Positions 16,349-24,558 of a stretch of DNA of 26,351 nt are shown here, piece by piece. The notes under the pieces were generated by a model. It ran no database searches. It had not been told where the DNA came from and worked only from the letters and a program-made list of their open reading frames with translations. The first letter of the stretch is position 1; each line of letters begins with the position of its first letter. Source of the DNA: a virus (Duplodnaviria > Caudoviricetes). The translations under genes and the position numbers were made by a program. The DNA lies in IMG/VR virus record IMGVR_UViG_3300025718_000029, positions 1-26,351 of that record; one strand, written 5' to 3'.

Positions 16349-16880
16349 TGGTTGCCTCCTGATTGAGTGCTTTTAATACTTCTTCGCGGTCATCAGAAAA
16401 CATTGAATATACTTTTTGACCAAATAATTCTCCAGTAAGAGCCATACTTTCAACTTTTCCCAGCGCCTCCCGCAAGACTCGTTCCCTGTCCTGATATTCA
16501 TCCAACTTTTTAACGTTATCGCTATTGGTTTTTAATAATCGGTCAATCTGTTTTATGCGGTCGTTGTCTAGCGACTCCAAATCTCGGTAATCCACCTGTG
16601 CCTGCAACAATTCTTGCTTTAACCCCTCATTCTCACCATGCAGCATAGCCATATCCATTTTGTCGCACATCAGGCAATCGTTTGTAACTTTTTCAAGGAG
16701 ATTATAGTTTTCTTCCTGCGATTGTTGTAAATTTACTGCCACTGATTCGATAAACTGTTTTTGGCTGTCAATTAATTCTTGTGCCTGCTCCAGCGCATCC
16801 AGTAGGTATTTAATTTCTTTGTCGTCGAAGTATTGGGCATTATTTACCTTATCCCTTATATCTTGCAGTCTAGTTTTCAT
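16335..16880 (-). CDS. Coiled-coil hypothetical protein
   Basis: RL.DIR...I.YLLD.LE N-terminus, heptad-rich body; SD GGAGGAG. Confidence 0.75.
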   Translation of the reverse strand: MKTRLQDIRDKVNNAQYFDDKEIKYLLDALEQAQELIDSQKQFIESVAVNLQQSQEENYNLLEKVTNDCLMCDKMDMAMLHGENEGLKQELLQAQVDYRDLESLDNDRIKQIDRLLKTNSDNVKKLDEYQDRERVLREALGKVESMALTGELFGQKVYSMFSDDREEVLKALNQEATNDKN

Positions 16881-16883
16881 GGG

Positions 16884-17045
16884 TTACTCCTCCTCTTCTT
16901 TATCACTAACCTTATTACTACTAAGCCTTCTTACGAAATACAACCCAAGTAAAGGCCATGCCGATTTTGTAAAAAATACCGATATGCCTATTAATATAAA
17001 TAAACATATATTCTCAACTACGCTCCACATCCACGGGTTATTCAT
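16884..17045 (-). CDS. Small membrane protein (missing from ORF track)
   Basis: MNNPWMWSVVENICLFILIGISVFFTKSAWPLLGLYFVRRLSSNKVSDKEEEE*; SD GGAGGTG. Confidence 0.7.
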   Translation of the reverse strand: MNNPWMWSVVENICLFILIGISVFFTKSAWPLLGLYFVRRLSSNKVSDKEEEE

Positions 17046-17063
17046 TCGTTCGCACCTCCCACC

Positions 17064-17420
17064 TTAATTTGGATCAATATTCACAATGATCGCCTTAACC
17101 CAGTCGTAAGCTTCAACTGCATTAACTCCAATAGTCTGTAAATCTTCGTTGTCAGCATATGCATATTCTTTTTCATCGCAAATATTATCGATATGATTTT
17201 CAACAAGTTCGTCAAAGTCATATTCTTTAAAGTAAATTCGTTCATCCGAAGAATAGTAGTAATCAACTCTTGCATTACCCCAAGCAGCCAACCAGTTACT
17301 ATATTCATCACCTTGCACGCATTCACTATCAACCATCGGCAATATCTCCAACTCAGGATTTTCGCTGATTAATTTTAGTAGGTTGGTAATTTTTTCTTGT
17401 TGAGTTTGGATTTTGATCAT
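17064..17420 (-). CDS. Hypothetical phage protein
   Basis: 118 aa, ATGA-coupled; ENPELEILPMVDSE...W.KAIIV.I. Confidence 0.75.
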   Translation of the reverse strand: MIKIQTQQEKITNLLKLISENPELEILPMVDSECVQGDEYSNWLAAWGNARVDYYYSSDERIYFKEYDFDELVENHIDNICDEKEYAYADNEDLQTIGVNAVEAYDWVKAIIVNIDPN

Positions 17421-17611
17421 TTGGGCACCTCCGTTTTAATTTCTTGATACCAATAATCAATATAATTATTAGCCCATTCAGCAGTTTCCGCGTGTAGATA
17501 ATCGTCCTTCTCTTCTTCCGTTAATCCTTCTAATTCTGAATCGTCAATTTCTAAAACATCTTCATGGTTGGCCCCACTAAATCCAATTGACAAACCAACT
17601 TTAATTTTCAT
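17417..17611 (-). CDS. Small acidic hypothetical phage protein
   Basis: 64 aa, ATGA-coupled, SD GGAGG. Confidence 0.75.
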   Translation of the reverse strand: MKIKVGLSIGFSGANHEDVLEIDDSELEGLTEEEKDDYLHAETAEWANNYIDYWYQEIKTEVPK

Positions 17612-17823
17612 TTGGTAACCTCCACCAGTAATTTAAACCCACACCATTTACCATAAATATCTGTAATATCTGCTACCGCCTGTGCCAAGTTGTTATACCG
17701 CATGCTCCTATCTCCTCTATCGGTAAGGTAATAGTAACAGGTGTCAACCTTCTCAACTGAGATTGTCGTGATATTATTTCCTTGGACGTTATGACCGCAA
17801 AATTCTGCGATTGGTATTATCAT
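17608..17823 (-). CDS. Hypothetical protein
   Basis: 71 aa, ATGA-coupled. Confidence 0.65.
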   Translation of the reverse strand: MIIPIAEFCGHNVQGNNITTISVEKVDTCYYYLTDRGDRSMRYNNLAQAVADITDIYGKWCGFKLLVEVTK

Positions 17824-18092
17824 GACTCCACCAGCAATTCAGCACGCAATCGGCAGAACCAATAATTATCACACGCTAATGTAAAACCATCTTCTGGTTT
17901 GCACTCATCAGTAATAATTCCCTTACAATCATACTTTTCTAATTCGGCTATTGCCTGTTTTGCTAGCTCAGCATATTTCTCTCGCTTAGCAACCTGTACC
18001 TTTAACCTAGCGTTTTCTTTCTGCAATTCTCGGCGCAAATAAGTTAATTCGGCGTATGTGTATGTTGTTAGCTGTCCATCAATGTAGTTCAT
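17820..18092 (-). CDS. Hypothetical protein
   Basis: 90 aa, coiled coil plus four Cys, ATGA-coupled. Confidence 0.65.
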   Translation of the reverse strand: MNYIDGQLTTYTYAELTYLRRELQKENARLKVQVAKREKYAELAKQAIAELEKYDCKGIITDECKPEDGFTLACDNYWFCRLRAELLVES

Positions 18093-18433
18093 TTTTCAGC
18101 ACCATCCTTCGGTGGTTGAGGTAGCGGTATCCAGTGGGTAACGTTCCACCAATTTAAATAACAATTCTTGTCTACTAAATACCACGCCCGACCATAAGGA
18201 GTTTCCCCAACGCAAGCCCGAACAGAAGTTGCTCCTGTCCAAACTAGCACATCATTATCTTTGTTAGGCAACCGATCATACGCATTCACCCACTGCATCT
18301 GCTGACCTAACTTAGCAAGTCGCAACAACTCATTTTCCTGTTCCTGGTCTTTTACGTAAGCGGGAATATCACTGCTTAATTTCGATACAATTAATTTTGT
18401 TGTTCCTTTCTCGATTCGCTCAATAATATTCAT
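18089..18433 (-). CDS. DUF551-like protein
   Basis: W....DRLP....VLV ... VTHWIPLPQPP signature. Confidence 0.85.
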   Translation of the reverse strand: MNIIERIEKGTTKLIVSKLSSDIPAYVKDQEQENELLRLAKLGQQMQWVNAYDRLPNKDNDVLVWTGATSVRACVGETPYGRAWYLVDKNCYLNWWNVTHWIPLPQPPKDGAEK

Positions 18434-18711
18434 TTATTGACCTCCCTATTTCTTAAAGGACAATTACGTCGGCATTCTTCTACTGTTTGATTTTTTAATT
18501 TACATGGCGCACAATCAGCTTCATAGTGGCCATGTTCTCGGCACTCACGCCATGCTTCACCTTTTTTAAATGACGACTCCATGCTCCAAGCGCATCGATT
18601 ACCATAATCAACGAAATACTCTATAACTCCACTTTTATAGCGAATGACTCCTATTACCTCGCCAGTAATGCCTGTGTAATGTTTTACTGTATCTCCGATG
18701 GTGAACTTCAT
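18430..18711 (-). CDS. Hypothetical protein (SH3/KOW-like N-terminus plus Cys-rich tail)
   Basis: MKFTIGDTVK...GEV....EYFV, then five Cys. Confidence 0.7.
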   Translation of the reverse strand: MKFTIGDTVKHYTGITGEVIGVIRYKSGVIEYFVDYGNRCAWSMESSFKKGEAWRECREHGHYEADCAPCKLKNQTVEECRRNCPLRNREVNK

Positions 18712-18872
18712 TTCTCTGCCTCCTCCTGTTCTTTTTCAATAACATAAAACTCATATCCGCACTCACATGTTACCGAACCATCTCCGTGAGAAACATAAAC
18801 ATGTTCGCCGCATTTTGGACAATATGACACATCACTGTTATCTGCTAAGCCGCTAACAAATCCATAACTCAC
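18708..18872 (-). CDS. Zn-ribbon miniprotein
   Basis: CPKCG...CECG. GTG 18872 overlaps the upstream TGA (ORF track start 18917). Confidence 0.65.
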   Translation of the reverse strand: MSYGFVSGLADNSDVSYCPKCGEHVYVSHGDGSVTCECGYEFYVIEKEQEEAEK

Positions 18873-19009
18873 TTCGCAACCACCTTCTTGCTTTTCTCTG
18901 GCCCATGTTTCCCGCAATAAGCCACTCCGTCAATGATCTTCTTGGCGGTTTTTAGGCACGGACGCTTTCCGTAATTTGTGACAACTGGGTGTTGGCATCT
19001 GTTTTGCAT
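18869..19009 (-). CDS. 46-aa Cys/His miniprotein (missing from ORF track)
   Basis: MQNRCQHPVVTNYGKRPCLKTAKKIIDGVAYCGKHGPEKSKKVVAK*; SD GGAGG. Confidence 0.7.
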   Translation of the reverse strand: MQNRCQHPVVTNYGKRPCLKTAKKIIDGVAYCGKHGPEKSKKVVAK

Positions 19010-19025
19010 TTTACAACCTCCGTTA

Positions 19026-19571
19026 TTAATTTATTGAGTATGGATGAAGTTTCGCTCTTGCTATTTTTATTGCTATTTCAGCATCTACAATATTTTTAAA
19101 TCTTTTATTGTAAACATTTTTACCATTTAATGTTATTGCCGCGCACCATGCTTTGCATTTTTTACTCCAAGAAACTCCCATTACTCCACTTTTATTATTT
19201 TTGGGAACTCCTGCTCTATTTTGTTGGTTTTGTGCGTTGGTGACTTCTCTTAAATTCAACCTAGTATTGTCTAGCGTGTTATGATTTTTATGGTCTACCA
19301 TTTTCCCTTTTTGAGTATTTAAAATAAAACGATGTAAAGCAATAATTGTATTTTCTTTCTTTGCGCAAAAAGAGTTTTTAACATAGAAACTGCCATAAAC
19401 ATATACTTCTTTACTCCCATTCCGGTATGATCTTTTCCATTCACCATCAAAACTATTAACTATTGGTAAGTCCATTGTGCTTATTAGCGTTTCTGTTATA
19501 ACCCCCTTACGTTTTAAAAATATCGCCGTAATTTCGCCGCGAATTTCATAATTATTTTTGATTACAACCAC
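19026..19571 (-). CDS. Free-standing HNH homing endonuclease with AP2-like C-terminus
   Basis: LHRFIL...VDHKNHNTLDN...NLR.VT..QN..N ... SGV.GVSW....W.A.I. Confidence 0.9.
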   Translation of the reverse strand: MVVIKNNYEIRGEITAIFLKRKGVITETLISTMDLPIVNSFDGEWKRSYRNGSKEVYVYGSFYVKNSFCAKKENTIIALHRFILNTQKGKMVDHKNHNTLDNTRLNLREVTNAQNQQNRAGVPKNNKSGVMGVSWSKKCKAWCAAITLNGKNVYNKRFKNIVDAEIAIKIARAKLHPYSIN

Positions 19572-19746
19572 CTCGTCATTTCGTTTATTAGGAGATAATT
19601 ATACTTACCTAACCATTCCTACTCATTCGGCTTTAAATGATTGTGTGGGGGCAATTCTGATTGAATTATCGTTATTATTTGGCAATCATACCCGCTGTGA
19701 TATTGGGTATGATAGGTATGCTTGCTGATTTGGTTAATTTACATGA

Positions 19747-20157
19747 TTACCACGGAACTTCTTCTTCGGGGAAAACTTGCGATCCCATGCTATCGGCCGG
19801 GCTAGTTTCTTTTGCTGCTGCTGGCGTTGATGCTTGTCCATTATGCCCATCCTGCTTGCTGTCTAAAAACTCAATGTTCTGAGCCACAATTTCTGCAGAT
19901 CTTCGCTTTTGTCCATCTTTTTCGTATTCGCTAATTTGCAAGCGACCTTCGACCAGAACTTTACGACCTTTGGCGAGATTATTGCGGCAAACCTCGGCTA
20001 ATTTATCCCAAACAGTCACCGGAATAAAGTCAACTCGCTTATTATCACCGTACCCACTATCCACTGCCACACTGAACGATGCTACTGCTTTACCTGTTTG
20101 CGTGTAGCGAACTTCTGGATCTCGAGTGAGTCGACCAACTATGATTGCTTTATTCAT
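19747..20157 (-). CDS. ssb: Single-stranded DNA-binding protein
   Basis: MNK.I.VGRLTRDPEVRYT..G.AVA.F..AV, KG..V.VEGRLQ, acidic tail. Confidence 0.97.
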   Translation of the reverse strand: MNKAIIVGRLTRDPEVRYTQTGKAVASFSVAVDSGYGDNKRVDFIPVTVWDKLAEVCRNNLAKGRKVLVEGRLQISEYEKDGQKRRSAEIVAQNIEFLDSKQDGHNGQASTPAAAKETSPADSMGSQVFPEEEVPW

Positions 20158-20158
20158 A

Positions 20159-20749
20159 CTATTTACCTGCCTTAATTTCTTCTATTTTCGTAATCTGCTC
20201 TGATGCCATCTGTAAGCCAATTAGATAAGCGTGGATCCTAGCCGGTATTTCATCACCAATATCGTAAAACCATTCCCAATAGTCAGGTTCTAAATCACTA
20301 ACAAAACTATATTCGTCAGATTGTAACCTCCATCCCCATTGCTCCTTGTTATCACATTCTCGCGCCAGGCTAAAAAGATTTTTCATGTCATTATGGTCGT
20401 ATTCAATTTCATTTTCTTTTAATTGTTTTGTCCACTCGCGCAGTCTTTTGACAGCCTTACAAGAATCGAAGTCCATTTTATTATCAGAGCAAGCATTCAT
20501 TTTGCCTTTGAAATAACCAATATATAGGTCGTTGAACGTGTGGATACCAGCTTTCCAAGTTAACCAAAACACCGCTTCGCCAATATCGCCCGAGATATAC
20601 ATCATGTTTCCGTCAAATACATATCTGCACCGATACGTTCCGTTGTTAGGCCTCTTCCAGTTAAGAACTTGTAAATCACCATGCTGGGTTAACATGGCAA
20701 CGTGATCTTTAAACCAATGATCTCTAATTTCTTGTTTTATGTCATCCAT
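20159..20749 (-). CDS. Hypothetical phage protein
   Basis: 196 aa; F..H...W......Y....ISGDIGEAVF segment. Confidence 0.8.
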   Translation of the reverse strand: MDDIKQEIRDHWFKDHVAMLTQHGDLQVLNWKRPNNGTYRCRYVFDGNMMYISGDIGEAVFWLTWKAGIHTFNDLYIGYFKGKMNACSDNKMDFDSCKAVKRLREWTKQLKENEIEYDHNDMKNLFSLARECDNKEQWGWRLQSDEYSFVSDLEPDYWEWFYDIGDEIPARIHAYLIGLQMASEQITKIEEIKAGK

Positions 20750-20765
20750 GGTTACCGCCTGCCTT

Positions 20766-21032
20766 TTAATTTAATATACAAGTCATCTTCTTGCCCAGTA
20801 AAGTAACATCCTCAACAGATATCGCATACGATTGATCGGTTTTAGGCTCGCGGTATAGTTTTTTAAAGTTTTCGCGGTTCATTATTGCGATACTTGGCGG
20901 TATCTCGCTCCGATCATAAACGCCAGCTTTATCCAAATTAGTGGTATATCCACTTTCGTTAGGACCCCAAAACACACAGTTTCCTGTTGTCCATTTCTTG
21001 GACCATATGTAATATTTTTTATCCACAACCAT
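20766..21032 (-). CDS. Hypothetical phage protein
   Basis: 88 aa; FW.PN.SGYTTNLDKAGVY; SD GGAGG. Confidence 0.75.
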   Translation of the reverse strand: MVVDKKYYIWSKKWTTGNCVFWGPNESGYTTNLDKAGVYDRSEIPPSIAIMNRENFKKLYREPKTDQSYAISVEDVTLLGKKMTCILN

Positions 21033-21037
21033 GCCTC

Positions 21038-21607
21038 CTACTTAATATTTTTATGACATTTAGCCCATTGATTACTCACCCAGCCACTTTTACTATCTAG
21101 CCAGTGTTTAACGATCCATCCCTGTGTCATACATGCGTTTTTATCAGTCCTACAATAGTGGCACATGTCAGCGCATTGTTTGCCATACATAAATTCCGGA
21201 TAGTTTTTCAATACTAACTCTGCTGATATTTCCGCAAAAAATAACTTTGCGTATTGATGTAGATCGGTTATATCTAGCGATTGCATATATTCAGCAGCTT
21301 TGCCTGACTGGACAAATTCCCTGGCCTTTTGTGCTATGTCTGATTCTCGTTTTACTTCCCAGGGTAACGCTTTAGGCTTAACCTGTTCTTCGTAGCGTAA
21401 GTCCGTAATTGCTTCGTTTATGTCGGCAATGGTTGGAAATTTCTTGCCAAACTTTATACAACCCCTGATCGCCGTTTCCATAAGGTCGTCTGGATATTTT
21501 ATAAACTCGTCCATCCAGAGTACGCCTTTAGCTAAATAATCAGTGTTATAGTCGGGGTAATTGGCACGGCACAGGGCCATTATTCTTTTCAGCATTACAC
21601 CTGTCAT
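21038..21607 (-). CDS. Replicative helicase loader/inhibitor-like protein (G39P/lambda P-like N-terminus) with C-terminal Cys cluster
   Basis: YP...W...F..Y......AI...I...KFPTIADI motif; directly follows the initiator. Confidence 0.65.
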   Translation of the reverse strand: MTGVMLKRIMALCRANYPDYNTDYLAKGVLWMDEFIKYPDDLMETAIRGCIKFGKKFPTIADINEAITDLRYEEQVKPKALPWEVKRESDIAQKAREFVQSGKAAEYMQSLDITDLHQYAKLFFAEISAELVLKNYPEFMYGKQCADMCHYCRTDKNACMTQGWIVKHWLDSKSGWVSNQWAKCHKNIK

Positions 21608-22295
21608 ATTCAGCCATCACTCTCCCTAGCTCTTCCATGTCTTGATCTGCTTTTGACTTTTTAGGTTGTTGCTTTTTACGATCTTCCTCATACGCATTAA
21701 CTACCCATTTTAAAATAGTTAAGTAATCACTTTTAGTTTTCTTACCGCCAGCACCTTTCCAAATGTCTAATTTATTAATCATCCACTTTGTCTGTTCTTC
21801 TCCGTACTTATTTACTAATTTATTAAATTCCGTAAAAGTGAGAGTGATACGTGGAGCGTAGTTCTCTTTCTCTTCTATTCCTTTCTCTTCTATTAGGTTA
21901 GGTTCTCTTAGGGGGGAATTTCCCGGAATTTCCCGGAAGTTCTCGGAATCTCCCAAAACATCACAAAATAGAGGGTTTTTAGACTTAGTTCGCTTGTGAA
22001 GCCCTTCTTGATGTTCATCAAATTTACAAAACTGTAAATATTCGTTATTTTTGTAAATATACCTCCAAATTAATTTATATTTTTGAAGCTCTTTCATTGC
22101 AGATTCAACATGTTTTTCTGTTTGTTTTCGTCTTGGAATGATTAAAGCTTTGATTTTTCCTGCAGTTCCTGCAATAATTCCGTAATCATCAGTGTGTGGT
22201 ATCATCCAAGTGAATAATAAAGCAGCGAAGTCACTTAATTCATTTACATTATCAGATACCGAAATACTTTTACTGATCATTCGCCTGTTAGCCAA
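21546..22295 (-). CDS. Phage replication initiator / replisome organizer
   Basis: MANRRMISK.I..SD....LS..A.LLF......DD.G N-terminal domain, low-complexity linker containing iterons, C-terminal KSDY.TILKW. Confidence 0.8.
   Translation of the reverse strand: MANRRMISKSISVSDNVNELSDFAALLFTWMIPHTDDYGIIAGTAGKIKALIIPRRKQTEKHVESAMKELQKYKLIWRYIYKNNEYLQFCKFDEHQEGLHKRTKSKNPLFCDVLGDSENFREIPGNSPLREPNLIEEKGIEEKENYAPRITLTFTEFNKLVNKYGEEQTKWMINKLDIWKGAGGKKTKSDYLTILKWVVNAYEEDRKKQQPKKSKADQDMEELGRVMAEYDRCNAEKNNGPVPCQLPRL
21866..21954. repeat. Probable replication origin iterons within the initiator gene
   Basis: Four 10-bp tandem repeats GGAATTTCCC, GGAATTTCCC, GGAAGTTCTC, GGAATCTCCC (21915-21954), plus two copies of CTTTCTCTTCTATT (21866-21879, 21881-21894). 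Confidence 0.75.
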
Positions 22296-22308
22296 TTATT
22301 TCACCTAC

Positions 22309-22653
22309 TCAACTATTTACTATTTCTAGCCACTCAGGTCGCACTTTATAAAAAAAATCCATCCTTGTTGCCACAAGGTATACCTGTACATATTTTGAAT
22401 CCATTAGTGACCCTGTGGGATTATCGCCAAATTCACTTTCTTCGACATACCTTATTTCAACAATCATTCGCTTGCCAACTATAATTCCCACTAATTTATC
22501 AGGCATCAATTCTTCTTTTATTGCGCTAATGGCTATAAATTCATTTTCGTTCAATTCTTTTGTTTGATCAGGAGTTAAGCAATTAAAATCAGCATAATTT
22601 GATGCTTTCAAAATTCTCTTATTAAACTTAACTTTGTCACCAAGTTTAAACAT
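22309..22653 (-). CDS. Hypothetical protein
   Basis: MFKLGDKVKF...GIIVG.R; ATG 22653 (ORF track start 22665). Confidence 0.75.
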   Translation of the reverse strand: MFKLGDKVKFNKRILKASNYADFNCLTPDQTKELNENEFIAISAIKEELMPDKLVGIIVGKRMIVEIRYVEESEFGDNPTGSLMDSKYVQVYLVATRMDFFYKVRPEWLEIVNS

Positions 22654-22676
22654 ATTTATCACCATCCTTCACTAGA

Positions 22677-22699
22677 CTAGAAGGGGGAATTACTCCCCC
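22677..22699 (-). terminator. Weak terminator-like hairpin
   Basis: GGGGGAG-UAA-UUCCCCC followed by only UUCUAG. Confidence 0.35.
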
Positions 22700-22845
22700 G
22701 CCACCTTTTCATAATCCTCGCAATGAGTCGCCTTATCGCACTCGCTACACTTACCACTGCAGCTATCTTTTAGTTTGTCGCAATACCATTTATTGAGTTG
22801 GTTCTGCTGGTGTTGGCAGGTTGGGCAGAGACAAGGCATTTCCAT
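22690..22845 (-). CDS. 51-aa Cys-rich miniprotein overlapping the ERCC4 gene end (missing from ORF track)
   Basis: MEMPCLCPTCQHQQNQLNKWYCDKLKDSCSGKCSECDKATHCEDYEKVAGE*; SD GAGGTG 6 nt upstream. Confidence 0.65.
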   Translation of the reverse strand: MEMPCLCPTCQHQQNQLNKWYCDKLKDSCSGKCSECDKATHCEDYEKVAGE

Positions 22846-23389
22846 GCAACTCACCTCGCTTTAATTGCTCGCGCAACCAGTAATAAAAAGTATGATATAT
22901 AAAGTTGCCACTACACTTACTGCTGACGAAATTAACACTGATACCATATCTGGCCTCAAAACTTTTCAACCTAGCAATAAACGATTTCGGTTCATACTGC
23001 GTGTCATATTTATGGTTAATGATCATCTCATAACTGGCATTCTCAATTAAGAGGTAGAATTTGGCCCCGTGGCTCCTGATTAACTCCTGTTCAAATCTGG
23101 TACCACCATCTGCCGTAAGGTTTCCGCTAATCTCATTTAGGTGTGCTTTGCGCTCGATCACAATACTATCTGTATAATAAATGTCTCTCGGTATCTGCAA
23201 TGCGGGATTAGCAGGGACCATAAACGTGTAGTCTCCAAAGTCCATTTTCATACTCTTAAAGGGCTTTTTCTTACTTTTAAGGTAATCGATTACGTGCGCC
23301 CCTTCCTGCTCTCTGGTGTCAATTATGATCGTTAAGGAGTCCAATACGGTTTTTAATTCCTTGTCTGTGAACTTATATTTGCCTAACAT
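22790..23389 (-). CDS. ERCC4-domain (XPF/Mus81-like) nuclease
   Basis: IIDTREQ, GDY, IERK...E and RF..EL.R motifs. Confidence 0.9.
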   Translation of the reverse strand: MLGKYKFTDKELKTVLDSLTIIIDTREQEGAHVIDYLKSKKKPFKSMKMDFGDYTFMVPANPALQIPRDIYYTDSIVIERKAHLNEISGNLTADGGTRFEQELIRSHGAKFYLLIENASYEMIINHKYDTQYEPKSFIARLKSFEARYGISVNFVSSKCSGNFIYHTFYYWLREQLKRGELHGNALSLPNLPTPAEPTQ

Positions 23390-24192
23390 ATTGACTCCAA
23401 CAAATCAAGGTAATGAATAGGCTTAACAATTCGCTTCGTAGATCGGCAATACTCGCACGACCCGCACCGCTCCGGTTCAACATCACCATTCCGAACTGAC
23501 ATAATTCGCGGTATCACCAATTCGATTTCTTCCAGTTTGGTTTTAATAAAACTATCAACGTCCATCCAGATAATTTCATGATCAGGAGTATCCTGCTTGT
23601 CCACCGCCAAGATGTAGCAATCAAGGTATGTATCCATTTTTAAGTTCTGTCGCAATATCTCAGCATAGATACTGAATTGCATAGGATAATCATATTTTTG
23701 GATGAATGTTTCATAAGTTCGCGTTTCTTTATTCCAGTATTTTCCATGCATACTTTTAGTCGTTTTAATGTCGGCAAAGTATCCTTTTTCAACATTGAGA
23801 ATATCAACCTGTATTTTGAATGGCACCCCGTTAATTTCGCCGGTGAATATTTGTTCTTTCAATCCTTCGCGCATTTGAACCATAGCGGGATCATTTTGAA
23901 AAATGCGAATCATATCATCGCCTAAAGAGTATTTAGCCATCAACGTACCGTCTTTTTTGAATAACTCAGGGGTATTGGCGATAAATTCCTGTAAATCACC
24001 GCTTGACCAGCTATGCAGGTAATTTCCCAAAAGAAACGCTGAATTTTCTTTATCAGTCCACTCGCCTTTACGCTTGGCAATTTCTCTTGCCTCGCAACCA
24101 CCTTTATAATTGTTCCAAGCTTTAAGGGATGAGCTTCCCAAATATAGCATCTCTGCCTCTTTTGAAAAGTAATTGGCTCTCGTTAATTCCAT
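23383..24192 (-). CDS. PD-(D/E)XK exonuclease (RecE/ExoVIII C-terminal-like, DUF3799-like)
   Basis: NYFS...Y...S..K, G...H, EQ..TG...GV.FK...D......DIKTT, Y..Q..IY, CG.CEYCR. Confidence 0.88.
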   Translation of the reverse strand: MELTRANYFSKEAEMLYLGSSSLKAWNNYKGGCEAREIAKRKGEWTDKENSAFLLGNYLHSWSSGDLQEFIANTPELFKKDGTLMAKYSLGDDMIRIFQNDPAMVQMREGLKEQIFTGEINGVPFKIQVDILNVEKGYFADIKTTKSMHGKYWNKETRTYETFIQKYDYPMQFSIYAEILRQNLKMDTYLDCYILAVDKQDTPDHEIIWMDVDSFIKTKLEEIELVIPRIMSVRNGDVEPERCGSCEYCRSTKRIVKPIHYLDLLESIC

Positions 24193-24557
24193 TATTTTTC
24201 ACCTTCTTTATCTTTTATCTTTAACAATTTACTAACAATTTTTTTTATCTCAATATTAAATTCATTTCCACAATAACTATCAAGCCCTAACCTGCCAACA
24301 TTGGCTCTATTCCATAATTCTTGAAGTACGGCTTCTTCAGGTTCCCATTGATCTTCCAGTCCATAACAAGAGCAATGCCCTCCATTAACCTCATAATATT
24401 TGCCGCCCTGTTTAAACAAGACAAAGGCATCGCCTGAGTAATCCTGATAAGAATAAGAAGCTAACAATATTTTTACTCCTTTAAGTTGACTTGGCTTTAA
24501 TCTAAAATCTTCAGTTAGTCCGTTCAGTTTTGAATCCTTCCAGTCGTTTAAAAACAT
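24192..24557 (-). CDS. Hypothetical phage protein
   Basis: YSGDAFVLF....YYEV.GGHCSCYGLE motif; ATG 24557 with SD GAGGT. Confidence 0.75.
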   Translation of the reverse strand: MFLNDWKDSKLNGLTEDFRLKPSQLKGVKILLASYSYQDYSGDAFVLFKQGGKYYEVNGGHCSCYGLEDQWEPEEAVLQELWNRANVGRLGLDSYCGNEFNIEIKKIVSKLLKIKDKEGEK

Positions 24558-24558
24558 T

